The position numbers and the translations under genes were made by a program. 30,899 nucleotides of DNA from Candidatus Hydrogenedentota bacterium (GTDB lineage: Bacteria > Hydrogenedentota > Hydrogenedentia > Hydrogenedentales > SLHB01), in assembly GCA_007130675.1 (NCBI GenBank), contig SLSB01000312.1, positions 1-30,899 on the forward strand, written 5' to 3'. Below, piece by piece: positions 1 to 8,496 of the stretch. The first letter of the stretch is position 1, and every line of letters begins with the position of its first letter. A model generated the notes under the pieces. It did not search any database, was not told the DNA's origin, and saw only the letters and a list, made by a program, of their open reading frames with translations.

Positions 1-918
1 AAGCGCCGCAAGGCCGTGATGAAGCTTTTGCCCTACCAGAAAGAAGACTTTCTGGGGATTTTCAAGGCGATGGCCGGCAAACCCGTCACGATTCGTCTGC
101 TGGATCCGCCGCTGCACGAGTTCGTCACGCTTGATGATAAACAGATCAAGGATCTGTCGAAGAAGATCAAGGTTTCGCCCGCAAAGATCAAGGCGCGCAT
201 TGGGCAGTTGCACGAGTTGAACCCGATGCTCGGCCACCGCGGATGCCGCCTGGGCATTGCGTATCCCGAGATCACCGAGATGCAGGCGCGGGCCATTCTC
301 GAAGCTGCTGCCGAGCTGCAGAAGAAGAAGGTCAAAGTTTTTCCTGAGATCATGGTGCCTCTGGTCGGCACCAAGGCCGAGCTTGCTCACCAGGACGCGA
401 TCATCCGCGATGTGGCAGCCGATGTGGAGAAGCAGTATAAGCTCAAGCTTAAATACATGGTCGGCACGATGATCGAGATCCCGCGCGCCTGTCTCACGGC
501 GGACAAGGTCGCCGAGGTCGCCGAGTTCTTCAGCTTTGGCACGAACGACCTGACGCAGATGGGGTTTGGATTCTCGCGCGACGATGTCGGCGGGTTCCTG
601 CCGCTCTACGTGGAGCAGAACATGCTCCCCGACGATCCCTTCATGGCATTGGACCAGGAAGGCATCGGGCAGTTGGTTGAGATGGGCATCAAGAAGGGCC
701 GTTCGACGAAGCCTGACCTCAAAGTCGGCATCTGTGGTGAGCACGGCGGCGAAGCGAAATCGGTCAAGTTCTGCCACCGGGTTGGTATGGACTACGTGAG
801 CTGCAGCCCGTTCCGGGTGCCAATCGCACGGTTTGCCGCGGCTCAGGCTGCTATCGAGTCGCCGCGTGAAGCCAGCAAGAAGTCGGGCGCCAAAAAGAAG
901 AAAGGCAGCTCGAAATAA
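1..918 (+). CDS. ppdK: Pyruvate, phosphate dikinase, C-terminal PEP-binding barrel (5' partial)
   Basis: Motifs [45 protein letters not shown] and GICGEHGG; frame is open back to position 1. Confidence 0.97.
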   Translation, partial: KRRKAVMKLLPYQKEDFLGIFKAMAGKPVTIRLLDPPLHEFVTLDDKQIKDLSKKIKVSPAKIKARIGQLHELNPMLGHRGCRLGIAYPEITEMQARAILEAAAELQKKKVKVFPEIMVPLVGTKAELAHQDAIIRDVAADVEKQYKLKLKYMVGTMIEIPRACLTADKVAEVAEFFSFGTNDLTQMGFGFSRDDVGGFLPLYVEQNMLPDDPFMALDQEGIGQLVEMGIKKGRSTKPDLKVGICGEHGGEAKSVKFCHRVGMDYVSCSPFRVPIARFAAAQAAIESPREASKKSGAKKKKGSSK

Positions 919-940
919 TCTGCTTTTGCGGAGCAGATTA
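916..940. terminator. Hairpin overlapping the ppdK stop, possible terminator for the convergent minus-strand gene
   Basis: TAATCTGCT (916-924) and AGCAGATTA (932-940) form a perfect 9-bp inverted repeat. Confidence 0.45.
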
Positions 941-946
941 GGTGTG

Positions 947-1735
947 CTATTCCGCCCCCGCGGAGCCTGAGGCTTCGCGGGGGTTTTTGCCGGGCGTGTC
1001 CACAACGGCCTTGCCTGCCCAGCGTCTGCGTTCTTCGTCGTCTATTCGTATACTCACGCCGCGCAGGCATGTTCCGTCTTTCCATGGAGCGATGCCTACC
1101 GCGTAGTTTGGATTGTAGCGGCCAAGCAGGTTGAAGTCTTCGTCGGTCTTGAGCAGGCCCCCTTCCCTCTCATAGCAGCCAAACCACCACGCGCCGTCAA
1201 ACCAGCACGCGGTCTGAATTCCCAATCGTGTGTAGCCGCTCGCAATCACGTGGCGTTGGATGAAATTCAAGTCCTTGTCGTATTCATACACGTAGTTTTC
1301 GTTGTAGCCCTCCGGCAGGCCGCCGATAATGACAAATCTGCCGTCGTGGTAGGCCATGCCTCCCGCGCCGTGCACCAACTCGGGCACTTCCTTCTTCGAG
1401 AGAAGCTCGAGGTCTTCCGCGTCGAACACATACACCCACGAATCCGCCTCACCCGGTTCTCTGTTGAATCTCCCGAGATTGACCGCGACGTAGACTTTGC
1501 CGTCGACGTAGGTCAGGTCTCCCTGATGATTGGGCGCTTCAACGCTCGCGAGAATATTGCCTGTTTTGTCGGTCTTGACTATCGCAACTGTAAACGACCA
1601 ATAGATGTTGTATTCCTGGTCGGTTGCGAGGCCTTGCAGATGGCCTCCGTAAGTCCCTGGACATTTGATCTCCTGAGCAGCGCAGATGCGGCAGATTCCA
1701 AGCAACACGATAACGGCAAATAGACCACTACGCAT
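947..1735 (-). CDS. Secreted hypothetical protein, probable beta-propeller (262 aa)
   Basis: ATG at 1735 with GGAGG upstream; signal peptide MRSGLFAVIVLLGICRICAA; repeated blade-like units (HLQGLAT, HQGDLTY, GAGGMAY, GIQTACW). Confidence 0.75.
   Translation of the reverse strand: MRSGLFAVIVLLGICRICAAQEIKCPGTYGGHLQGLATDQEYNIYWSFTVAIVKTDKTGNILASVEAPNHQGDLTYVDGKVYVAVNLGRFNREPGEADSWVYVFDAEDLELLSKKEVPELVHGAGGMAYHDGRFVIIGGLPEGYNENYVYEYDKDLNFIQRHVIASGYTRLGIQTACWFDGAWWFGCYEREGGLLKTDEDFNLLGRYNPNYAVGIAPWKDGTCLRGVSIRIDDEERRRWAGKAVVDTPGKNPREASGSAGAE
955..988 (+). terminator. Rho-independent terminator of ppdK
   Basis: CCCCCGCGGAGCC-TGA-GGCTTCGCGGGGG, a 13-bp stem with one G-U, followed by TTTTT. Confidence 0.85.
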
Positions 1736-1884
1736 GAGATGTTTCCCTCCGTTTCGTTGCGAAGACGTTTTCACTGTAATGAGCGTAAGACTGTTTTGCA
1801 AATCCTGCGGTAGAGGTGCGGCTCTTGTCGTCATCCTGCAAGCAGGAGTCCAGGAGCCTTGTGGCGGATGTCCGGGATTCCCGA

Positions 1885-1909
1885 CGCCTGGCACAAGGCC
1901 AGGCGCTAC
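1885..1909 (-). repeat. GTAG-footed REP-like palindrome
   Basis: Minus strand reads GTAG-CGCCTGGC-CTTGT-GCCAGGCG; intergenic. Confidence 0.55.
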
Positions 1910-1975
1910 AGATCCGCGCAGACCCAGAGCCGAAGACTTTGCGTTAGCTTCCGTGAACCAATTCGACGATTGGGC

Positions 1976-2653
1976 TTAAGGCTGGTTCGGGGTAAGACCC
2001 GTTTCCTCGAGTCGGCGTTGTACGCGCTCGTAATCGTAGGGTACTTCGTGAAATGCCGCGCTCCATGGGACGGTTTCGGTATCTATGATCGCGAAGCGTG
2101 CCTCCTTCGGCGCAGTCGCGGACCCTGGACAAACGAAAAGGGTGTCCTCGATCGTTCGGGCGAAGGGGGGGGATGAGCCGCCGCACAGGATCAGTTGGGC
2201 TTCGGCGGCTTCGCGCTGGCGCTCGAAAACCTCGAGGGGCGTGTCGCGAGTGAGCGGTTCTCTCGCGCTTGTGGGCGCGGCGTGACATAAGAGAATGGGA
2301 ATGCCTTCGATAGTGAACTTGCGCGCCTTGGGCAGCGTACCCAGCCATTCGATATTCGCGCTGGCTGTGTGGGCATGCGTCCACTCGAGTGCGTGGCGGG
2401 TTTCCGGCGGCATCTTTCGGAGCAGCTGTTCACTGGTGCGCAATAGCCTGGCGGTGGCACGATCATCGGTTCCCTGCACGGTGGGAATGTTGCGCTCCCG
2501 CAGCAATGCGATGGTTTCATTTGGCCAGGGATACGCGCCCGCCGTGTTTCCGGCGTTGAAGACGGTCTCGATCCCCCGCGCGTCAAGGGCGTCCAAAATG
2601 GCCTGTAACGCAGGAAAGTTACCCCGGAGCGCGCAAAATACGGCCAAAAACAT
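1976..2653 (-). CDS. Calcineurin-like metallophosphoesterase-fold protein with degenerate metal-binding motifs (225 aa)
   Basis: Spacing and flanks match the DxH..GD..GNxD..H..GHxH..NPGS family (GNFPALQAIL, YPWPNETI, FVCPGSA), but the ligands are substituted; start taken at ATG 2653. Confidence 0.8.
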   Translation of the reverse strand: MFLAVFCALRGNFPALQAILDALDARGIETVFNAGNTAGAYPWPNETIALLRERNIPTVQGTDDRATARLLRTSEQLLRKMPPETRHALEWTHAHTASANIEWLGTLPKARKFTIEGIPILLCHAAPTSAREPLTRDTPLEVFERQREAAEAQLILCGGSSPPFARTIEDTLFVCPGSATAPKEARFAIIDTETVPWSAAFHEVPYDYERVQRRLEETGLTPNQP

Positions 2654-2884
2654 GGTGAATATCGAGTGTCCTGAATTTTTTTTGTCGTGTATCATCACGA
2701 CGATTTCGGCTGACTGCATGTACTATACGGACGCGCACCGGCTTTCGTCAACTATGCGTAAAGGCAGCGGTTTCAATGTGTTAGGGGGTTCTTGCGGGCG
2801 GGTGAATGTGGTGTGGATCGTGATTAGCCTTTATTCACAAGGGTTTTCGCAACCGAAAATTCAGATGAGCCCGAAAAATAAGGC

Positions 2885-2911
2885 TTGACAAATCGCTCGT
2901 TTCTTTGTAAT
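2885..2911 (+). promoter_or_regulatory. Possible sigma70 promoter for hup
   Basis: TTGACA at 2885-2890 and TGTAAT at 2906-2911; the 15-bp spacer is suboptimal. Confidence 0.4.
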
Positions 2912-3054
2912 CAAACAGTTGGGCCCATCACGTGTAGGGGGCCATGGGGAGTTAGTTTTGCCGTGCGCTGGGGGTGCCTGTAGCGCTTACCGAAGCCGCG
3001 CGGGTATTTTGAGAAAGCCGCGAAGGCTTTCAGAATGCCAGGAGGAGAGAGCCA

Positions 3055-3351
3055 ATGGCAGCAAAGAAACCGATGACAAAATCGCAGATCGTAACCGCGC
3101 TGGCCGACAAGACCGGCCTGACCAAGAAGGATGTCGGGGCAGTCCTCGAGGAGATGAAGGAACTCGCTTACAAAGAAGCGAAGACGGGTTTCACCATTCC
3201 GGGTCTGGGCAAGCTGGTCGTGGTCAACCGCAAGGCCCGCACGGGTCGCAACCCGGCGACTGGCGAATCGATCAAGATCCCTGCGAAGAAGGTCTTGAAG
3301 TTCCGGATTGCCAAGGCCGCAAAAGACGCCATCACGCCGCCGAAGAAGTAG
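3055..3351 (+). CDS. hup: HU family DNA-binding protein
   Basis: MTKSQIV, GLGKL and RKARTGRNPATGESIKIPAK motifs; GAGGAG RBS. Confidence 0.95.
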   Translation: MAAKKPMTKSQIVTALADKTGLTKKDVGAVLEEMKELAYKEAKTGFTIPGLGKLVVVNRKARTGRNPATGESIKIPAKKVLKFRIAKAAKDAITPPKK

Positions 3352-3371
3352 GCGCTGGGCGCGCAGAAATC

Positions 3372-3403
3372 GAGCTGGCCGGAACTGTGGTTCCGGCCAG
3401 CTC
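3372..3403. terminator. Hairpin terminator between convergent hup and dapB
   Basis: GAGCTGGCCGGAAC-TGTG-GTTCCGGCCAGCTC, a perfect 14-bp stem. Confidence 0.75.
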
Positions 3404-3437
3404 TCTTACACACCGATCAGTGCTGGGTCACTAACCG

Positions 3438-4235
3438 CTATTTCAGCCCAAGTACATCCTGCATGTCGTAGAGACCAGGGTCCCGGCTCATGACAAATCG
3501 CGCGGCGACCAGGGCGCCCCGGGCGAAGTTGTCGCGGTTGTGGGCTTTATGGGTGAGTTCGATGCGTTCGCCTTGACCTATGAAGCTCACGGTGTGCTCG
3601 CCTGTCACGTCACCGCCGCGCAACGCGTGCATACCGATCTGATTCCGGGGCCTTGCGCCGACCATGCCCTGGCGGCCATGAGCTACGTTGCGGCCATACT
3701 CGAGTTGGAGTGCCTCGGCGGCCCGCTCGGCGAGGCGTACCGCCGTACCGCTAGGGCTGTCCTTCTTTTGATTGTGGTGGATCTCGCATATCTCGACGTT
3801 GTAATCGAGGCCGAGAATCGAGGCGACTTCGCCCGTCAGTTTGAACAACAGGTTGACCCCCACGCTCATGTTTGGGGCATAGACGACAGGCACGCGGGCG
3901 GCACAGTCCGCGAGCGTAGCGACCTGCGCTTGAGACAAACCTGTGGTGCCGATCACCGAGGGTTTCCCTGCCTTGGTGGCCGCGGTAACGTTCGCGATGC
4001 ACCCCTCGGCCGCGGTAAAGTCTATGAGGCAGTCTGATTTCGTCAGTTCGGTCTCGGCATCGGCCGATACCACCACCATCTTAGGCCTGCACGATTCCGC
4101 GCCGGCGACGATCTCGGTTCCGGCAAAGGCCGGCACGTCAAACGCCCCTCCAATTTCCAGGTCGTCCGCGACCGCGGCCAATTCGAGAATGCGGCGTCCC
4201 ATGCGGCCGCATGCACCTGCCATGCAGATTTTCAT
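3438..4235 (-). CDS. dapB: 4-hydroxy-tetrahydrodipicolinate reductase
   Basis: GACGRMG, IDFT, VIGTTG, APNMSVGVN and EIHHNQKKDSPSGTA motifs. Confidence 0.97.
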   Translation of the reverse strand: MKICMAGACGRMGRRILELAAVADDLEIGGAFDVPAFAGTEIVAGAESCRPKMVVVSADAETELTKSDCLIDFTAAEGCIANVTAATKAGKPSVIGTTGLSQAQVATLADCAARVPVVYAPNMSVGVNLLFKLTGEVASILGLDYNVEICEIHHNQKKDSPSGTAVRLAERAAEALQLEYGRNVAHGRQGMVGARPRNQIGMHALRGGDVTGEHTVSFIGQGERIELTHKAHNRDNFARGALVAARFVMSRDPGLYDMQDVLGLK

Positions 4236-4260
4236 TATGCGCTCCTCGCAGACGTAAGGT

Positions 4261-5133
4261 TCAGATTGTGCCTGCCTGTTCGAGAATCTTCTCGAGTTTG
4301 TCGACCAGCACCGGCTGCATCGGCACGAGCGGCAACCGCAACACGTTGTTGATCATCCCCATGCGGTGCAAGGCCGCCTTGGCGGGCATGGGATTGGTTT
4401 CGATAAACAGCCCTTTAAAGAGCGGCATGAGCTCGTAATGCAGTTTTTGCGCCTCGGCGAGGTCGCCCTTGTCGAATGCCGCGCACATGGCGGCGACTTT
4501 CGCGGGCATCACATTGGCGGTCACAGAGATGACGCCCGTCGCCCCGACGCTCATCATCGGCAGGGTCAAGCTGTCGTCGCCCGAGAGTACGGTAATCGGG
4601 CTCAAACTGCGTATCTCGGAGACCTGATCGACGCTTCCGCACGCTTCTTTCACCGCTACGATGTTTTCGTGCGAAGAAGCCAAGTCGGCAATGGTCGCGG
4701 GAAGCATTTTCGTGCCTGTGCGGCCGGGCACGTTGTACAGCACGATGGGAATATCCACCTGTTTGGCGATTGTGCCGTAATGCGCCATTTGGCCGGCGGG
4801 CGTGGGTTTGTTGTAATAGGGGGTGATGAGCAGCGCGCCATCGGCTCCGAACTCCTTCGCTTTGTGCGTCAGCGTAATAGCTTCGCGGGTGCTGTTCGAC
4901 CCCGTGCCTGCGATCACCGGAACGCGTCCCGCGGCACGCTCGACGGTGAACTTGATGCACTCGAGCTGTTCATCGTGAGAGAGGGTCGCAGCCTCGCCCG
5001 TGCAGCCGCACGGCAGCAGGCCGTCGGTGCCATTTTCGAGGTGCCAGTCGATGAGGCGGCCATACGCCTCGAAATCGACCTCAAAATCCTCTTTAAACGG
5101 CGTTACCAGCGCTACAATAGAACCGCGGAACAT
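4261..5133 (-). CDS. dapA: 4-hydroxy-tetrahydrodipicolinate synthase
   Basis: GSIVALVTPF, GCTGE, TPYYNKP, LYNVPGRT, VAVKEA, LSGDD and ETNPMPAK motifs; AAGGAGG RBS; adjacent to dapB. Confidence 0.97.
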   Translation of the reverse strand: MFRGSIVALVTPFKEDFEVDFEAYGRLIDWHLENGTDGLLPCGCTGEAATLSHDEQLECIKFTVERAAGRVPVIAGTGSNSTREAITLTHKAKEFGADGALLITPYYNKPTPAGQMAHYGTIAKQVDIPIVLYNVPGRTGTKMLPATIADLASSHENIVAVKEACGSVDQVSEIRSLSPITVLSGDDSLTLPMMSVGATGVISVTANVMPAKVAAMCAAFDKGDLAEAQKLHYELMPLFKGLFIETNPMPAKAALHRMGMINNVLRLPLVPMQPVLVDKLEKILEQAGTI

Positions 5134-5246
5134 ATCGAGCCTCCTTCGTAGGTTTTACCCCAGCTTGCGAACGCATTGCCCGCGCACCGAAATCGTGGAA
5201 CTTTCAACCGGAGAGTAATTGTAAACCATTCCGCCGCGCACAAACC

Positions 5247-5428
5247 AGACACCGGCGCCATCTCTTGCCGCAAATTCCCGGAAACACACTGTGATTCATT
5301 GCCGGACTGGAAAGCCCACCCTCCGTGTTGGGAGCGGCCCGCCCCGCTGACATGCCGTTTCTCTGCCAAGAGACAAGCTTTTCCCAAGGTGTCCGAGCCC
5401 GATGCAGACGGGACCGGATTCTGCACCG
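5247..5428 (-). ncRNA. Candidate structured RNA of unassigned class upstream of dapA
   Basis: Nested helices GGUGCAGA/UCUGCAUC, GGACACC/GGUGUCU, UCUCUUG/CAAGAGA, GAAAC/GUUUC and CUCC/GGAG; G-U wobbles favour the minus strand. Confidence 0.35.
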
Positions 5429-5458
5429 TGTGAGGTCGTGTTCGGCGGAAAAAACATA

Positions 5459-5487
5459 TTGACATTTCACAGCCTTTGCCATAGGCT
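5459..5487 (+). promoter_or_regulatory. Sigma70-type promoter upstream of prepilin-like gene 1
   Basis: TTGACA, 17 bp, TAGGCT. Confidence 0.6.
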
Positions 5488-5837
5488 TCAATTGGATATT
5501 GTGCGGAAAGCCCTTTTTAGGCGCCCGGTATTACGCACACTTTCGTGTGGAGGCGACGCCATGCGCAAGGTGCATTCTCGACGTGAAGAGGCGCACGCGA
5601 GAACGCGAGAAGGAAGGCTACGCAGATGTTGCGGGACTACGGGGGTGCTGGGTTCACGGCTAACTTGTCGCCTATGGATGCGCGAGGGTGATTGGACGAG
5701 GGATTCGTACTGAGGAGGGGGTAGGTCTGGCATTACAATATACTCTTCAACGCGGGTGTTGGCAAGGCCCCAGACAAATGTGATCTTCGCAAAATAGGGC
5801 ACACGAAATGTGCTGAAACCATTTCAGGAGTAGAACA

Positions 5838-6737
5838 ATGAGCAGGAAACGCGGATTTACTCTAATCGAGCTGCTGGTGGTGATCGCGATTATTGGCATT
5901 CTGGCAGCGATTCTGTTGCCAGCGCTTGCCCGTGCGCGCGAAGCGGCCCGGCGTGCGGCGTGCGCCAATAATCTCAAGCAAATGGGGTTGATACTCAAGA
6001 TGTATGCCAACGAATCGCGAGGCGAGATGTATCCCATGCTCAAACCGTTCCGAGCCGCAGGGGACAATACGTGCACCCGGCACAATGTGGCTGACCATTG
6101 GATGTTCTGGGGTGACAGTGTGTACCCCGAATACCTCAGCGATATCAATGTGCTGGTGTGCCCGTCCGATGAAGACGGCTACCGCGCGGCGGAAGGCCGC
6201 TGGAACTATGATGGGGATCCCCAGAATCCCATCCAACCCTGCCGGTTTGATGACCTGTCGTATGTGTATTACGGATGGGCCCTCACAAAAGACCTCCTCC
6301 TGCAGCCGGGTGTTGATGAGAACGTCTTCCCGGATCAGGTTCCAGACGCTCTTGCAATTTACAACATGGCGTTTCTGGAGGCTATTGGAGAAACATTCGA
6401 CGCGGGATGGAATGCAGAGCAAAGGGTCAGGCGCTACGATGGGGATATCTCGATGGACGATGGGCAGACCATTTATCGTCTTCGCGAAGGCATCGAGCGG
6501 TTCTTCATCACCGACATCAATAACCCGGCGGCAGGGGCGATGGCGCAGAGCGAGCTGGCGGTGTTGCACGATATCGTTTCGACCGTCGTCTCGAACTTCA
6601 ACCACATCCCAGGCGGCGGCAATGTGCTCTTCATGGACGGGCACGTCGAGTTCATCCGCTACCCGGGGACCTTCCCTGTTAGCGGAAGTTGGGCATGGAT
6701 AGTCGGAAACATTGGCGACCTGATGGGTCTGCTCTAG
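5838..6737 (+). CDS. Prepilin-type N-terminal cleavage/methylation protein, DUF1559-like, with C-terminal H..GG.N...DG motif
   Basis: [43 protein letters not shown] at the N-terminus; [18 protein letters not shown] at the C-terminus; AGGAG RBS. Confidence 0.93.
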   Translation: MSRKRGFTLIELLVVIAIIGILAAILLPALARAREAARRAACANNLKQMGLILKMYANESRGEMYPMLKPFRAAGDNTCTRHNVADHWMFWGDSVYPEYLSDINVLVCPSDEDGYRAAEGRWNYDGDPQNPIQPCRFDDLSYVYYGWALTKDLLLQPGVDENVFPDQVPDALAIYNMAFLEAIGETFDAGWNAEQRVRRYDGDISMDDGQTIYRLREGIERFFITDINNPAAGAMAQSELAVLHDIVSTVVSNFNHIPGGGNVLFMDGHVEFIRYPGTFPVSGSWAWIVGNIGDLMGLL

Positions 6738-6761
6738 GCCCGAACGCTCCGTATCATGTAC

Positions 6762-6787
6762 GCGGGTCCCGGCAAGCCGGGGCCCGC
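6762..6787. terminator. Hairpin after prepilin-like gene 1, between convergent genes
   Basis: GCGGGTCCCGGC-AA-GCCGGGGCCCGC followed by TCTCTT. Confidence 0.6.
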
Positions 6788-6968
6788 TCTCTTACTATTG
6801 CGCATTGCGGAAACGTTGGTGCAAACGTCTCCCTCGAGCGAAGGCATCTTCCTCGTGGCCCATCATGGCCAAGATGGCCATGCTCCGGAAGCAGATGCGG
6901 CGTGATTCAGAGAGCATGCTGTTGCGAGAGTAGCGCGGCGACCTGTACTCCAGAATGTCTCGCGCATT

Positions 6969-8351
6969 CTATGTATCGGTGTCGGGGTCTTCCAGCGTGG
7001 CTTGGAACTGCGCTGCAAGCGGCGGAGGAAACAGATAGTCGTTCTTGGGGTCGCCGCCGTCATCCTGGCCGGACGTGCCAATGCTGTACATCGTATAGGA
7101 ACCATTCTTTCGCGAGTACCGCAGTGGTGCAGCGGCGTAGGCATCGATGGGAACGGTATCGAGGAACTCGGGCGTCAGCGCATCGAGGGTCTCGGGGTAG
7201 GTCCCGTGATTTTTTCGGTACAACTCGAGTGCAACGAGCGCCCGCAGCGCGTCTGCGTGTGTTGCGGTATTGGTGCGGGCGATTACGGCGTCCTCGACCC
7301 CGCTGATGAGCCGCGTGGGCAATAACTCGTGCTCGACCCCCCGCAGGCGCTGGTGCTGGCTGCTCCATGTCTGCAATTCAGCATGGCTCAATTGGGCCGC
7401 CTCGCGGACGTTGTCGATACCTTTGCGGGCAAAACGGCGGAGCGCGGCGTCTTTCAGGCGTTCTCTGAGACCACTGCGTTGCGCGGATTCGCTGGATGCG
7501 TAAGTGCCTGCCTCGATCAGGCGCAGTTCCCAATCGAACGCGGCGCAGATGTCAAGGTCCGCGGGGTCGAGTGCATCGAGAGCCCTGAGAAAGGCCCGCA
7601 GCTCCTCCTCCGCATACCGGTCCCACGGCAGGCACATGGCCCATATGGCGCACTGGTCTATCATGCTGCTGCCTTTGAGAAAATTCTCGAGAGGTCCGTC
7701 GCTTGCGACCGCCTTGCCGAGTTTGAGGCCGGCAAGGCTGAAACGCATGGCGTCTTCCGCGTCACCCCGTTGTGCCGCATGCAGGGCATGTCCGCCGAGA
7801 ATGCGGGCGAGGTTGTGAAACGCTTCGAGCGCTTCGGTGTTGGCATCCAGCGAATCGATGGGCGCGCACAGGTAGGATTGTTCCTCGAGCACCGCTGCAA
7901 CCGCCGCCGCGATGGGCCGGGTAGCCTCGATATACTGTACGACCTCGGGGTCGTCGTCCGGGCGGCGGATGCCGAGCTCGAGGGCGAGCAGCGCGCCTCT
8001 TCTGCGTAGAACACCCAGCGAAAAGGGACCGCTACGCGTGGGGCGGTCCGGGAGGTCGTCGGCCAGGGCGAGCAGCGCGTGGTAGGCGTTGTCTGGCGCC
8101 AGACGTTTGGCGAGCATCTCGGGTGTTTCGGGCTCGATCAGGGGCGCGGCGCGGTAGGAGCGCGCCGCGAGCACAAGAACCGTGAGCAGGGCCACTGCCG
8201 TGGCAAGGATGATAATGGTGCGTTTGGCACTCTGTCTGCGGGGTCTCTTGCGCAAAACGGTTGCTGCTCTCCGTAGTGATTCCACTTGGACTTTCCGCGG
8301 TGGCGCCTTGCCTGATACCGGGAAAGCCTCCCCTTGCTCTGAAACCGTCAT
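6969..8351 (-). CDS. Membrane-anchored hypothetical protein with C-terminal GspG/pseudopilin-like segment (460 aa)
   Basis: Basic N-terminus plus hydrophobic helix TIIILATAVALLTVLVLA; C-terminal GTYPETLDAL..PIDAY..YTMYSIG..GQDDGG; no prepilin cleavage motif. Confidence 0.7.
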   Translation of the reverse strand: MTVSEQGEAFPVSGKAPPRKVQVESLRRAATVLRKRPRRQSAKRTIIILATAVALLTVLVLAARSYRAAPLIEPETPEMLAKRLAPDNAYHALLALADDLPDRPTRSGPFSLGVLRRRGALLALELGIRRPDDDPEVVQYIEATRPIAAAVAAVLEEQSYLCAPIDSLDANTEALEAFHNLARILGGHALHAAQRGDAEDAMRFSLAGLKLGKAVASDGPLENFLKGSSMIDQCAIWAMCLPWDRYAEEELRAFLRALDALDPADLDICAAFDWELRLIEAGTYASSESAQRSGLRERLKDAALRRFARKGIDNVREAAQLSHAELQTWSSQHQRLRGVEHELLPTRLISGVEDAVIARTNTATHADALRALVALELYRKNHGTYPETLDALTPEFLDTVPIDAYAAAPLRYSRKNGSYTMYSIGTSGQDDGGDPKNDYLFPPPLAAQFQATLEDPDTDT

Positions 8352-8370
8352 TTTCGCCGATCAGACCGCC

Positions 8371-8392
8371 GTAATTCCAGAGTAATTCCAGA
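8371..8392. repeat. 11-bp tandem direct repeat
   Basis: GTAATTCCAGA occurs twice, 20 bp upstream of the 8351 start codon. Confidence 0.7.
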
Positions 8393-8496
8393 GTGTGAAC
8401 CCTGCGGGGCCGCGCGGGCCCCGTGCAACCTATAGACGGCACAAGGCGCACTTGTCCTAGAACGGATGCGCATTTCGGGGTAGGTTCAATCGAGGT

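Noticed and set aside
5134-5520. Canonical lysine riboswitch upstream of dapA
   Set aside because: The 5' AGAGG and 3' GGAG core junctions were not found; kept only as an unassigned RNA candidate.
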